Source of the DNA: an uncultured bacterium
GTDB lineage: Bacteria; Margulisbacteria; WOR-1; CAVSGV01
DNA: 64,000 nt
Reading direction: 5' to 3'
Assembly: GCA_963727815.1 (NCBI GenBank)
Contig: CAVSGV010000006.1
Span: forward strand, 583,471 to 647,470
Part shown: piece by piece, positions 54,446 through 63,989 of the stretch
How the letters are laid out: every line of letters begins with the position of its first letter
How positions within the stretch are numbered: the first letter of the stretch is position 1
The notes under the pieces: generated by a model
Databases searched by the model: none
What the model saw: the letters and a program-made list of their open reading frames with translations, nothing else
What the model was told of the DNA's origin: nothing
Program-made: the position numbers and the translations under genes

Positions 54446-56113
54446 ATGCCGAAGAGAACTGACATCAAGTCGATACTTATAATAGGCGCCGGGCCGATAA
54501 TAATCAGCCAGGCGTGCGAGTTCGATTATTCTGGCTCGCAGGCTTGCCGCGTCCTGAAATCCGAGGGCTATAAGGTCATTCTCATCAACAGCAATCCTGC
54601 TACCATCATGACGGATCCCCAGCTGGCTGATAGGACTTACATCGAGCCCATCACGCCGGAGGTCATCGAAAAAATAATCCAAAAGGAACGGCCGGATGCG
54701 ATACTTCCCACTCTGGGCGGGCAGACCGCGCTGAACGCGGCGGTCGCTCTCCACGACAAGGGTATACTCAGAAAATACAAAGTGGAAATGATCGGCGCCG
54801 ACGCGAAGGCAATAAAGAAAGGCGAGAACAGGCTGCTGTTCCGTAAAGCTATGGAGAACATCGGGCTTGATGTTCCTAAGAGCGGCGTCGCACACAACAT
54901 GAAAGAAGCGCTGGCCGTCGTCGAAAAGATAGGTCTCCCGGTCATCATACGCCCAAGCTTCACCCTGGGCGGAACGGGGCAGGGGGTCGCGCACAACATC
55001 GATGAATACAGGGAAGCGGCAAAGATCGGCCTCGAAGCCAGCCCGATATCTGAGATCCTGGTGGAGGAATCCGTCGTTGGCTGGAAGGAATTCGAGCTTG
55101 AGGTCATGCGAGACAAGGCCGACAACGTCGTCATTATCTGCACCATCGAGAACTTCGACGCGATGGGCGTCCACACCGGCGACAGCATCACCGTGGCCCC
55201 CATCCAGACGCTGACCGACGTCGAATACCAGAAAATGCGCGATGCGTCCATCGCGGTCATCAGGGAGATCGGCGTCGAGACCGGCGGTTCCAATATCCAG
55301 TTCGCGGTGAATCCGAAGGACGGCAGGATGGTCGTCATCGAAATGAATCCGAGAGTTTCACGCTCGTCGGCATTAGCCTCGAAAGCTACCGGATTCCCTA
55401 TCGCAAAGATCGCCGCAAAGCTTGCTGTCGGCTACACGCTCAACGAGATCCAGAACGACATAACTAAACAAACTCCCGCGTGTTTCGAGCCCACCATCGA
55501 CTACTGCGTGGTAAAGATCCCCCGTTTCACTTTCGAGAAATTCCCTGGAGCGGATACGACACTGGGCCCATCAATGAAATCCGTGGGCGAAACGATGTCC
55601 ATTGGCCGCACTTTCAAGGAAGCACTGAACAAGGGACTTCGTTCGCTTGAGATCAAGAGCTTTGGACTTGATGACGTCGCCAAGGTGAAGGGCAAGGAGA
55701 TCACGCGCGAGCTGATAATCGATAAACTTACAAAACCGAACGCAGAAAGAGTTTTCTTCATCAAGTATGCCATTGAAGCGGGATTCACCATCGACGAGAT
55801 ACACAAATTATCATATATCGACCCATGGTTCCTGGAGAACATGAAAGAGATAATCGACTTTGAGCAGAAGATCAAGGAGTTCAATAAAAAGGAATTGCCT
55901 GCCGATCTGCTGCTTGATGCCAAGAAGATGGGCTTCAGCGACGTGCACATTTCGCGGCTCATTGGCAGCGATGAGATATCGGTCTACAATTTAAGGCAGA
56001 AACTCGAGATCACCCCGGTTTTCAAACTTGTTGATACCTGTTCCGCCGAATTCGAGGCTTTCACGCCTTATTATTATTCCACATACGAGATGGAAGACGA
56101 GTCGAGGGTTTGA
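54446..56113 (+). CDS. carB: Carbamoyl-phosphate synthase large subunit, N-terminal half only
   Basis: 555 aa covering the first ATP-grasp (carboxyphosphate) domain and the oligomerisation domain. It ends ...[24 protein letters not shown] at the internal domain boundary. A convergent gene follows 21 nt later. Confidence 0.9.
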   Translation: MPKRTDIKSILIIGAGPIIISQACEFDYSGSQACRVLKSEGYKVILINSNPATIMTDPQLADRTYIEPITPEVIEKIIQKERPDAILPTLGGQTALNAAVALHDKGILRKYKVEMIGADAKAIKKGENRLLFRKAMENIGLDVPKSGVAHNMKEALAVVEKIGLPVIIRPSFTLGGTGQGVAHNIDEYREAAKIGLEASPISEILVEESVVGWKEFELEVMRDKADNVVIICTIENFDAMGVHTGDSITVAPIQTLTDVEYQKMRDASIAVIREIGVETGGSNIQFAVNPKDGRMVVIEMNPRVSRSSALASKATGFPIAKIAAKLAVGYTLNEIQNDITKQTPACFEPTIDYCVVKIPRFTFEKFPGADTTLGPSMKSVGETMSIGRTFKEALNKGLRSLEIKSFGLDDVAKVKGKEITRELIIDKLTKPNAERVFFIKYAIEAGFTIDEIHKLSYIDPWFLENMKEIIDFEQKIKEFNKKELPADLLLDAKKMGFSDVHISRLIGSDEISVYNLRQKLEITPVFKLVDTCSAEFEAFTPYYYSTYEMEDESRV

Positions 56114-56134
56114 TCTTCAATATCATCTTCTGCC

Positions 56135-56800
56135 TTATTTTTCTTCAAGGAATTTCATGAACACGGGATCGAGGCGGTATGCGTTCTTCATTCCGCCCAT
56201 CGCGCCCGCGTGGCTGCCGCCGGTGCTTACAGCATCCAGGGCTTCTTTTACGGAATAGCCTTTATCCACTATCAGGTATTTTGCAATGATCAACCCCGTT
56301 CTGTCCTCTCCCCATTTGCAGTGAATGTACACCGGCCTTTTCATGGCGGCGTTGATGACCCGCCATTGCGCGGGATCCGGGGCTTTCATGTCGTTCAGCG
56401 GAATGTGTATCCTCTTCATTCCCGCCTTTTTCACAAGCGCCGCATACCTGTCCTGAACGTCCGCCGTGTTTTCAAGGTCGATTATAGTTTTCACTCCTTT
56501 GGACTTCAGGTAATTCAGGATGCCCAGCGTTTGTTCGTCGCTGTTTCCGAATTTGTTGGCCGGGTTAAGCGGATGTCCGCCGACATGGATTATCTTGTCG
56601 ACGATGCGGTAGTTGTAGGGCAGGGGGCCGGTGCCCGATACCTCCGCGCGGCCGAATTTCACGACCTGCGATGTCTGATGCGGGAAAGCGCTAAGAGATA
56701 ACGCCGTCAAAAATATCAGGGCATATGCCGATAGTTTCAGTGCCCTTTGTTCTCCGGTTTTCATACCTGCCATTATACATATATACTCCGGTCCAAACAA
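56135..56800 (-). CDS. Secreted Cys-based (tyrosine/dual-specificity-like) phosphatase
   Basis: HCX5R(T) active-site loop HCKWGEDRTG and a signal-like N-terminus (LSAYALIFLTALSLSAF). The likely start is the internal Met at ~56764. Confidence 0.65.
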   Translation of the reverse strand: MFGPEYICIMAGMKTGEQRALKLSAYALIFLTALSLSAFPHQTSQVVKFGRAEVSGTGPLPYNYRIVDKIIHVGGHPLNPANKFGNSDEQTLGILNYLKSKGVKTIIDLENTADVQDRYAALVKKAGMKRIHIPLNDMKAPDPAQWRVINAAMKRPVYIHCKWGEDRTGLIIAKYLIVDKGYSVKEALDAVSTGGSHAGAMGGMKNAYRLDPVFMKFLEEK

Positions 56801-56868
56801 AATATTTCAGGAGAGCGCCTTCATTTGCCTTTTGTATTTGACTGGAGTATCATTCCCCGGCGAAAGGA

Positions 56869-57261
56869 GTGATGATCATGCCGGATGCAAATGTATATAA
56901 AGCCGGTGTCTGCAACATTGGTCCCGAGGAGAGAGCAAAAAGGAGGCAGGCCGGATACATCGGGCTGGCCGTATTATTAGTTCTCTGGGTCCTTCTTGTT
57001 TATTTTCATGTTCCACGCTTGTGGCGTCTCGTTCTGTTCTTCCCGGCATTCATGTCAGCCATCGGATTCATTCAGGCCAGGTTGATGTTCTGCGTTCATT
57101 TCGGCCTTTCCGGGCTTTTCAATTTCGGGCCGGTGGGAAAGACGGAGAGTGTATACGAAGCTAAATTCAGAGAGCTGGACAGGAAGATGTCGTGGAAGTT
57201 AATAGGTTACGCGGCAGCAATTGCGGTAGTCGTGACGGGCGTGGGGATGGTGTTGTTTTAG
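56869..57261 (+). CDS. Small membrane protein (3 TM)
   Basis: 130 aa with a GTG/ATG start. No family recognised. The stop overlaps the convergent downstream gene by 4 nt. Confidence 0.45.
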   Translation: MMIMPDANVYKAGVCNIGPEERAKRRQAGYIGLAVLLVLWVLLVYFHVPRLWRLVLFFPAFMSAIGFIQARLMFCVHFGLSGLFNFGPVGKTESVYEAKFRELDRKMSWKLIGYAAAIAVVVTGVGMVLF

Positions 57262-58040
57262 ACTGTCAATAATTGACGAGTAGTCGTAATAGTGCCGTCT
57301 TTTATGTGATATTGTTTATCATATTTAGTGCAAAACTCGATTACTTGCTGACTCAACTCGTTGAAATATTGTTTATGATCGGCATACTCAGATACTAGTC
57401 GATTGTAATTTAATCTCCCAAAAATGATCTTATCAACAAAACCAATTGCAGATAATATCTCTGAAAAATCTTGAGCTATTATGTTTGGCGTAGGATAGGG
57501 TTCGATACTCACCCAAGTCTTTATTCCTTTTTTGTGCAGATTATATAAGCTCTTAATTCTTGATGCCATTGGAGATGCGTGAGGTTCAAGGACTTTTCTG
57601 TGTTTGTCTTCAATCGTTATAAGGGTGATGCCATATTCATTCTCTTTGCTATAAGATGCCAGTTTAATTGGAAGGATACCCTTTGTAAGGGCAGTACATC
57701 TAATATTGTTCTTATTTAGCTTTTCAATTATTTTACACGTTAATTGGGAGATTTCTGGGTATTTATACATGAAAGGGTCAGTGGTGAAGCACATATGTAC
57801 GAACTGAATTTTGTCTTTTAATGAAGGGATTTCTTTGTCCAGCAATTTCAATGCGTTTTCTACTATTGCAGGCTTTATCCATTCCTGATAGTTTTTAATT
57901 TTTCCAAATCTTTTTGCCATCATCATCGCATAGCATGGATATAAGCAGCCATGGGAGCATCCCTGAGCATGGTTTATCGTGTAATCCCCATATTCAACGC
58001 CAGTTTGATAGAGTAATGATTTTCTAATAATTGTTTTCAT
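57258..58040 (-). CDS. SplB/COG1533-like radical-SAM-superfamily protein with a non-canonical C-x3-C-x3-C motif
   Basis: 260 aa. NHAQGCSHGCLYPCYAMM contains C28, C32 and C36. Overall length and layout resemble 'DNA repair photolyase' radical-SAM enzymes. The gene is ~33% GC (hand-sampled). Confidence 0.65.
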   Translation of the reverse strand: MKTIIRKSLLYQTGVEYGDYTINHAQGCSHGCLYPCYAMMMAKRFGKIKNYQEWIKPAIVENALKLLDKEIPSLKDKIQFVHMCFTTDPFMYKYPEISQLTCKIIEKLNKNNIRCTALTKGILPIKLASYSKENEYGITLITIEDKHRKVLEPHASPMASRIKSLYNLHKKGIKTWVSIEPYPTPNIIAQDFSEILSAIGFVDKIIFGRLNYNRLVSEYADHKQYFNELSQQVIEFCTKYDKQYHIKDGTITTTRQLLTV

Positions 58041-59200
58041 GATTTTCTTGTTAAGAATATATCATATTCTTTGTAATTATACGAAGAAGGAATGCGTCCT
58101 GTCGGGGTGCGCGGAGGAACCCACTCGGCTGATATGCCCTGGGCCTTTATAATAGTCTTAATACAATCCGTATATTCTGCCACCGATTTGATTATACCAA
58201 AATTATCGACAACACTAATTAATACATCTTTAAATAGAACCTTTGTATTCTTTGGGATGGAAGCATTAATAAATTTGTCGATATCAACTTTCACACGCGG
58301 GGTAAAGTAAAACAATAATAATTGATTATCTTTAGGTGCATTATTCATCTCAATCCACTTTTTATGCATATTATCTGCCATTATCATAAAACCATCTAGA
58401 TGATTAGTGCAGAATATCATTCGATATTTCGGCACATTCTTTGTTTGCGTTTTAATCGGGATGCTAATGACGTATTTGAAAATGGTCTTTAATTTATCGA
58501 TGTATCTTGTAGTAAATAACTCTTCAGCCTCATACATGCTGATCTTTTCATTCTTCTTTTCACTTACAATATCTTTCCAGTAAGCTCCACCTGCGATTCT
58601 ATTCCATGTTGTGGCATCATCTGTTGCATCCGTTTCATAATCAAGGTCGATATTTTCGTCTTCAAATTGTGGGTCACATTTAATTAATCTACATCCTTCT
58701 CTTAAGAACCCGAAAGTATTTAAATTAATGAGCACCTCTAAAGAATTGTATTTCCTTTCTTTAAGTATTTTGAATATATTGAAGTCTAAAGATTTAACGC
58801 CATAAGGATCGATATAGAGAAAAAGATTATTCGATTGAGGAACGGCTGACAAAGTAGGGTTAATCTTCTCCTCAAATGATCCCCCGACAATGCTTACTTC
58901 GGCATGCCCAGATAAGTTCACAGATAAATCCTCGAAATATTTCTTTTCAATACAGATTAGTTTTATTGCCGCAGAGCGCACTTCTCGTTTTATATCTCCA
59001 ATTCTATTAAGAATGATTAAGGGTGAGCCAAAATCTCCATCATCAAACTTACCTTTTCCAGCAAAGCAATCAATTATTGTCACTGGCTTCTTTGTGGAAA
59101 CAATCTTTCTTAAATAAGGGGTTAAATAGAAGTCTAAGATGCCATCTTTGAAAACTGACCATGACTTCTTTTCCTTAAAAAATTCATTTGTATTTGTCAT
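58037..59200 (-). CDS. TcmP-like protein ('three-Cys-motif partner protein'), SAM-MTase-like N-terminal domain
   Basis: 387 aa. The N-terminus (KKSWSVFKDGILDFYLTPYL), IIDCFAGKGKF (motif-I-like) and LFLYIDPYG (DPPY-like) fit my memory of TIGRFAMs TcmP. A 4-nt overlap with the Cys-motif gene gives the expected pairing. Confidence 0.6.
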   Translation of the reverse strand: MTNTNEFFKEKKSWSVFKDGILDFYLTPYLRKIVSTKKPVTIIDCFAGKGKFDDGDFGSPLIILNRIGDIKREVRSAAIKLICIEKKYFEDLSVNLSGHAEVSIVGGSFEEKINPTLSAVPQSNNLFLYIDPYGVKSLDFNIFKILKERKYNSLEVLINLNTFGFLREGCRLIKCDPQFEDENIDLDYETDATDDATTWNRIAGGAYWKDIVSEKKNEKISMYEAEELFTTRYIDKLKTIFKYVISIPIKTQTKNVPKYRMIFCTNHLDGFMIMADNMHKKWIEMNNAPKDNQLLLFYFTPRVKVDIDKFINASIPKNTKVLFKDVLISVVDNFGIIKSVAEYTDCIKTIIKAQGISAEWVPPRTPTGRIPSSYNYKEYDIFLTRKS

Positions 59201-59263
59201 GTGTGGGTATTTTACTCCTTTTCTTTCGTACTGTATATTTTCATGTGATGAATTTGGCCCATC

Positions 59264-59902
59264 CTATATCGTATAAACTATGATTATCCTGGGATAATAA
59301 TTCGGATCGTCATGATCATATATCTGCGTCAGATTGCTGAATGGATATGCTCCGGATCCGCAGGGAGATATTTGAACCCCGTAATTGGGCGATGTCCCGT
59401 TCTCCCATCCCCGTACCAGCGTCGTAATGTCGAAGCTGTTCTCTCCCGGAGCATCAATGGCGCTGGCGGCAGGATTTGTTGACGGCGGTATCGTTTCATT
59501 TGCCGTTGAAATAGTGGCCTTATCCCAGGAAGACGTTACTTTGTAAATGCCCGTAAGGCACTCCATAGATACTGTAAGATTTATCGTCCAAAAATGCAAT
59601 GTCGCGTTTACTATCGAAGCGCCGGATGGCAGCGTGGGCATGGTGAATTGCATGAACGCGTTCTCGGAAAGGGATGGTTTTGTAGGAAAAATAACGTAGC
59701 TCATGTAAAAATATTCCAAATATCCAACTTCGGAAGAGGAGCCGCTTGTTGAAACGAAAGCGCTTTGGGCAATGGTCGCTGTCGTTGAATAGTAGGTCGG
59801 CGAATTGGGCGAAGAACTGCTGACGATCACTGGTTTTGTGCAGCCAGCCGGCAATAACAGCAGGCATATTATCAAAGAAGCAAGATAAGCGTGTTTACTC
59901 AT
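59264..59902 (-). CDS. DNRLRE-domain lipoprotein
   Basis: Lipobox LLLLPAGC. NATLHFW..., YKVTSSWDKATIS, FDITTLVRGWENGTSPNYGVQIS and a terminal PRIIIVYTI match the DNRLRE-domain pattern as I recall it. Confidence 0.55.
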   Translation of the reverse strand: MSKHAYLASLIICLLLLPAGCTKPVIVSSSSPNSPTYYSTTATIAQSAFVSTSGSSSEVGYLEYFYMSYVIFPTKPSLSENAFMQFTMPTLPSGASIVNATLHFWTINLTVSMECLTGIYKVTSSWDKATISTANETIPPSTNPAASAIDAPGENSFDITTLVRGWENGTSPNYGVQISPCGSGAYPFSNLTQIYDHDDPNYYPRIIIVYTI

Positions 59903-59972
59903 AGTTTACGCCAAGCCGCCGAACATCCATATACATTTTACTACTCTTTTCTTACAAGGTATAATCATTGCC

Positions 59973-61583
59973 ATGAAGATCGCACTTGCCCAGATCAACC
60001 CGACCGTCGGCGCGCTTGATGCCAACGCCGCCAAGATCATCGAGTACATCAATAAAGCAAAAAAACAGAATGTTGACCTGATAGTTTTTCCCGAACTCGC
60101 GATCACCGGATATCCTCCCGAAGATCTGATATTAAAACCTCAATTCATCGCCGATAATATTGCCGCGCTCAAAAAGATCGTGAAAGTTTCTAAAGGGATC
60201 GGCGTCTACATCGGATTCGTCGACAAAAAAGGCGCCGACATCTACAACGCCGCGGCTTTCATCGATAACGGAAAGATCATCAAAAAATATTACAAGAACA
60301 ATCTGCCTAACTATGCCGTATTCGATGAGAAGAGATACTTCAAGGAAGGAACGAAGATCGAGGTAGTCAAATATAAAGGTCTCAAGTTCGGACTCGGCAT
60401 TTGCGAGGACATATGGGTGGAGAACGGACCATACAAGGCGGAGGCAAAGGCGAAGGCAAAGGTATTGTTGAATATTAATGCGTCACCTTATCACATGGGG
60501 AAGATCGGCGAGAGGGAAGCGATATTGAAGAAAAGAGCTGTCGCGACAAAAGCGCACGTTGTCTATGTCAATATGGTCGGGGGACAGGACGAGCTGGTTT
60601 TCGACGGCGGAAGCATGATAGTGAACAGCAAAGGTAAAGTTATAGCCAGAGCTCCAATGTTCCGGGAGTCGCTGATAATCACGGACGACCCTACTTCGCC
60701 AAGGCTTCGTAGGGAAGGGGCGGTAATTGCGCCAAAACTCAATGAGCTGCCGGAAGTTTATGAAGCCTTGCTTACAGGCATCAGGGATTATGTAAACAAG
60801 AACAAGTTCAATGAAGTTGTCATCGGCTTGTCCGGCGGAATAGATTCGGCAATAACTGCCGTCATCGCGGCCGACGCTCTGGGAAAAGACAAGGTGCACA
60901 CGTTCTTCCTTCCTTCGCAATACTCAGCCCAGCAAAGCCTTGATGATTCGAAGCAGCTTGCCAAGAATCTCAATGTTCACCTTGATGTCATTACCATAAA
61001 AGAAATATTCGATAAATACCTGGCTGATATTTCGCCGTATTTCAAAGGGAAAGCCCCCGATATCACGGAGGAGAACATGCAGGCCAGGATAAGAGCGACG
61101 ATCCTGATGGCGCTCTCAAATAAGTTCGGTTGGCTCCTTCTATCTACAGGCAATAAATCCGAAACATCGACAGGTTATTGTACTCTCTATGGCGACATGG
61201 CGGGCGGGTTCAACGCTCTAAAGGACGTTCCTAAAACTTTGATCTACCGCCTTGCGAAATGGAGGAACAGAGATATCATTGTCATTCCGCAGGCGATAAT
61301 CGACAGGGCGCCCACCGCGGAGCTGCGGCCGGACCAGAAAGACACGGATTCTCTTCCGCCTTATGATATCCTCGATCCCATCATCAATGCTTACGTCGTT
61401 GATAATAAGAATGCCGCGCAGATAATAAAGATGGGTTTTGATAAACAGACCGTGTCGAAGGTGATATCACTTATCGACAGGTCTGAGTATAAACGAAGGC
61501 AATCAGCTCCCGGCCCCCGCATTACTCAGAGAGCGTTCGGGAAAGACTGGCGCCTGCCCATCACGAACGGATATAAAGGCTGA
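59973..61583 (+). CDS. nadE: Glutamine-dependent NAD+ synthetase
   Basis: 536 aa. N-terminal nitrilase/CN-hydrolase domain (FPELAITGYPPEDL, ICED) plus a C-terminal NAD synthetase domain with PP-loop GLSGGIDS. Confidence 0.95.
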   Translation: MKIALAQINPTVGALDANAAKIIEYINKAKKQNVDLIVFPELAITGYPPEDLILKPQFIADNIAALKKIVKVSKGIGVYIGFVDKKGADIYNAAAFIDNGKIIKKYYKNNLPNYAVFDEKRYFKEGTKIEVVKYKGLKFGLGICEDIWVENGPYKAEAKAKAKVLLNINASPYHMGKIGEREAILKKRAVATKAHVVYVNMVGGQDELVFDGGSMIVNSKGKVIARAPMFRESLIITDDPTSPRLRREGAVIAPKLNELPEVYEALLTGIRDYVNKNKFNEVVIGLSGGIDSAITAVIAADALGKDKVHTFFLPSQYSAQQSLDDSKQLAKNLNVHLDVITIKEIFDKYLADISPYFKGKAPDITEENMQARIRATILMALSNKFGWLLLSTGNKSETSTGYCTLYGDMAGGFNALKDVPKTLIYRLAKWRNRDIIVIPQAIIDRAPTAELRPDQKDTDSLPPYDILDPIINAYVVDNKNAAQIIKMGFDKQTVSKVISLIDRSEYKRRQSAPGPRITQRAFGKDWRLPITNGYKG

Positions 61584-61646
61584 CCCGGATACCGCTTTTC
61601 CCCTAATTCATGAAATTTACGGCTATTTCCGCCGATAAAGGCGTAT

Positions 61647-62423
61647 ATGGACATTTCAACTTTGCATAACATTCAGGGCAGCGCCGATTCATTCCTTTTG
61701 AGCGGGATAAGGAACGTCCGTGTCGACCATCTTTCAGATGCACTAAAGAATTACTACACATTGCTCGCGGAACCGGAGTTAGACCCTCTTACCAGAGTGA
61801 ATGTGATGTTCAATTCTGCCATCGCGTTATCCAATTTTCCCGCAGAAACCGAGGTGGATCCGACAGGATATCACACGGCCGAAGCTCTCAGGCTTTACAA
61901 TGAGGCAATAGATATCCTTTCAAAAACGGAGATCCCCGCGAACCACTTTAAGAACTGCGGCGCGGCCTGTTTGGCAGGTATAAGGTGCAGACATGACGCC
62001 AAAACAATTACATCTTCAGGAATGCCTATAATGACAGAGCGTTTCATGGTGAAGACCATAACAGGCGAATTCCTGCCCATTTGCCTGGAAATGTTGTCAG
62101 GACTTCCCACGCCAAGGCCTGCTTCGCAGATAATCGACGGCACCGAGGGAAGGAATTTCAAGGTCGAGACTGACGATGGCAAAGACCTTACGCCGCCTTA
62201 CAAAGAAGGTTTGGAAAAATTCTGGTCGCTGGTCGCACGGGCCGGTGTCAATAATTTTACCGGCATCAACGGCTCACCAAGTTGTTCGGTTGATATGAAT
62301 TATGCCGGAGATCGCGGCGAAGATGGGCACTTCAAAGATTTAAGAGTTCCGGGCAAGAAGGGCGTTATTGGATATACCGCACCGAAGGGTTTTGTTGCCA
62401 TACGTCACAACGCCCCGACCTAG
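61647..62423 (+). CDS. DUF523-like domain protein with a ~125-aa N-terminal extension
   Basis: The C-terminal part (PICLEMLSGLPTPRPASQIIDG...INGSPSCS) resembles DUF523/YbbK-type proteins. The N-terminal helical region is unassigned. Confidence 0.45.
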   Translation: MDISTLHNIQGSADSFLLSGIRNVRVDHLSDALKNYYTLLAEPELDPLTRVNVMFNSAIALSNFPAETEVDPTGYHTAEALRLYNEAIDILSKTEIPANHFKNCGAACLAGIRCRHDAKTITSSGMPIMTERFMVKTITGEFLPICLEMLSGLPTPRPASQIIDGTEGRNFKVETDDGKDLTPPYKEGLEKFWSLVARAGVNNFTGINGSPSCSVDMNYAGDRGEDGHFKDLRVPGKKGVIGYTAPKGFVAIRHNAPT

Positions 62424-62471
62424 TAACATTAAGAACAAAAATGTATAGATTTGTGCTACAATAATGTAGAT

Positions 62472-63989
62472 ATGAGCTCAACTTCGGATATACAGGTAAA
62501 GGTCCTTCAGGAAATAAGCGAGGCGCTTGCTTCCGCTTTCGACCTTGAAAAAGCGCTGGATTCCATCCTAAAGGTGCTATCGGATTCACTTGAAATGCAG
62601 AGAGGTACTATCACTCTTGTCGATCCCAGAACCAACGAGCTTCACATTGAAGTCGCCCACGGCCTTACCCATGAAGAAAAGGAACGCGGCAGGTACAAGA
62701 TAGGCGAGGGCGTCACCGGAAAAGTCGTTGAAACTGGCCAGCCGATGGTCGTGACCGATATTGGATCAAATCCCCTTTTTCTTAATAAGACGCAGGCCAG
62801 AAAAAATCTCGAACATCGGCAATTCGATTTTCTCTGCGTGCCGGTAAAGGCCGGGAACAAGGTGGTCGGGGCATTATCGGCTGACCGTCTTTTTAAGGGG
62901 AACGTTTCATACGAAGAGGATATAAAACTTCTTACCGTCATCGCATCCATGGTAGGACAGGCGGTCAGGATAAGGGAGCTGGCGGAAAAGGACAAGCAGG
63001 TCGTAATATCAGAGAACATCAAACTGAAGCAGGAACTTAAGGGAAAATATAAATTCGGTAACATTGTCTACGGCTCAAAGCTTATGGAAGCCATCCTTGA
63101 AAGCGTAGCCCAGGTAGCTGACAGCAATGCCACAGTTCTTATAAGAGGAGAATCCGGAACCGGCAAGGAGCTTATCGCCTCGGCCATCCACTACGCGAGC
63201 GAGCGCGCGAACAAACCGCTCATAAAAGTTGCCTGCGCGGCTCTTCCCGAAAATCTGCTCGAATCGGAGCTTTTCGGATATGAAAGAGGCGCATTCACAG
63301 GCGCTCTTGACAGGAAACCCGGCAGGTTCGAATTGGCGAATGGCGGGACGATATTCCTCGATGAAATAGGCGATCTGGCGCTAACAACTCAGGTGAAACT
63401 TTTAAGAGTGCTTCAGGAAAAGGAATTCGAGCGTCTGGGCGGCACACATACCGTCAAGAGCGACGTCCGGGTGATATGCGCCACCCACCGCGATCTGGAA
63501 AAAATGGTGAAAGAAGGCAAATTCCGCGAAGATCTATTTTACCGCATCAACGTTTTTCCCATCAATCTTCCGCCTTTGCGCGAAAGGAAAGAGGACATCC
63601 CGCTTCTTGTGGACCATTTTATTGAACGGCTGAACAAGTCGAACAAAAAGAAAGTGAAAGGCATAAACCGCGCCGCTCTGGACATACTCATGTCATATGA
63701 CTGGCCGGGCAACATTAGAGAGCTTGAGAACGCGGTGGAGAGAGCGATGGTGCTTGCTCAAAAAGACCTCATCACGCCGAAGGAGCTTTCGGCGAACCTT
63801 CATCCGGCTGGAGAGATATCCGTTTCGGCGCAGGGGGCAACGCTTCCGCAGATCATAGAAGCAATAGAGAAAGAGAAGATCAAAGAAGCGCTCTCGAAAC
63901 TCAAGACGCAGAAAGCCGCCGCAAAAGTGCTGGGAATAACCGAGAGAATGCTGGGCTACAAAATAAAGAACTACAAGATCCCGGTATAA
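62472..63989 (+). CDS. Sigma-54-dependent transcriptional activator with N-terminal GAF domain (NifA-like architecture)
   Basis: GAF region, AAA+ sigma-54 interaction domain ([14 protein letters not shown], ...ELENAVERA) and a C-terminal Fis-type HTH ([20 protein letters not shown]). I set the start at ATG 62472; the track start 62451 is a non-ATG codon inside a TACAAT box. Confidence 0.9.
   Translation: MSSTSDIQVKVLQEISEALASAFDLEKALDSILKVLSDSLEMQRGTITLVDPRTNELHIEVAHGLTHEEKERGRYKIGEGVTGKVVETGQPMVVTDIGSNPLFLNKTQARKNLEHRQFDFLCVPVKAGNKVVGALSADRLFKGNVSYEEDIKLLTVIASMVGQAVRIRELAEKDKQVVISENIKLKQELKGKYKFGNIVYGSKLMEAILESVAQVADSNATVLIRGESGTGKELIASAIHYASERANKPLIKVACAALPENLLESELFGYERGAFTGALDRKPGRFELANGGTIFLDEIGDLALTTQVKLLRVLQEKEFERLGGTHTVKSDVRVICATHRDLEKMVKEGKFREDLFYRINVFPINLPPLRERKEDIPLLVDHFIERLNKSNKKKVKGINRAALDILMSYDWPGNIRELENAVERAMVLAQKDLITPKELSANLHPAGEISVSAQGATLPQIIEAIEKEKIKEALSKLKTQKAAAKVLGITERMLGYKIKNYKIPV

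Noticed and set aside
54220-54468. An 82-aa ORF on the minus strand in the carA-carB spacer (…[12 protein letters not shown]…).
   Set aside because: - It is simply the translation of the CTGAGC..GCGAAG repeat cluster plus the ends of carA and carB.
- It overlaps both real genes.
57263-57275. The perfect 13-nt palindrome GTCAATAATTGAC at the 3' boundary of the low-GC cassette, considered as a possible att or recombination site.
   Set aside because: - It lies within the coding 3' end of the Cys-motif gene.
- I found no matching copy at the other boundary (59201-59263).
- It is probably fortuitous in AT-rich sequence.
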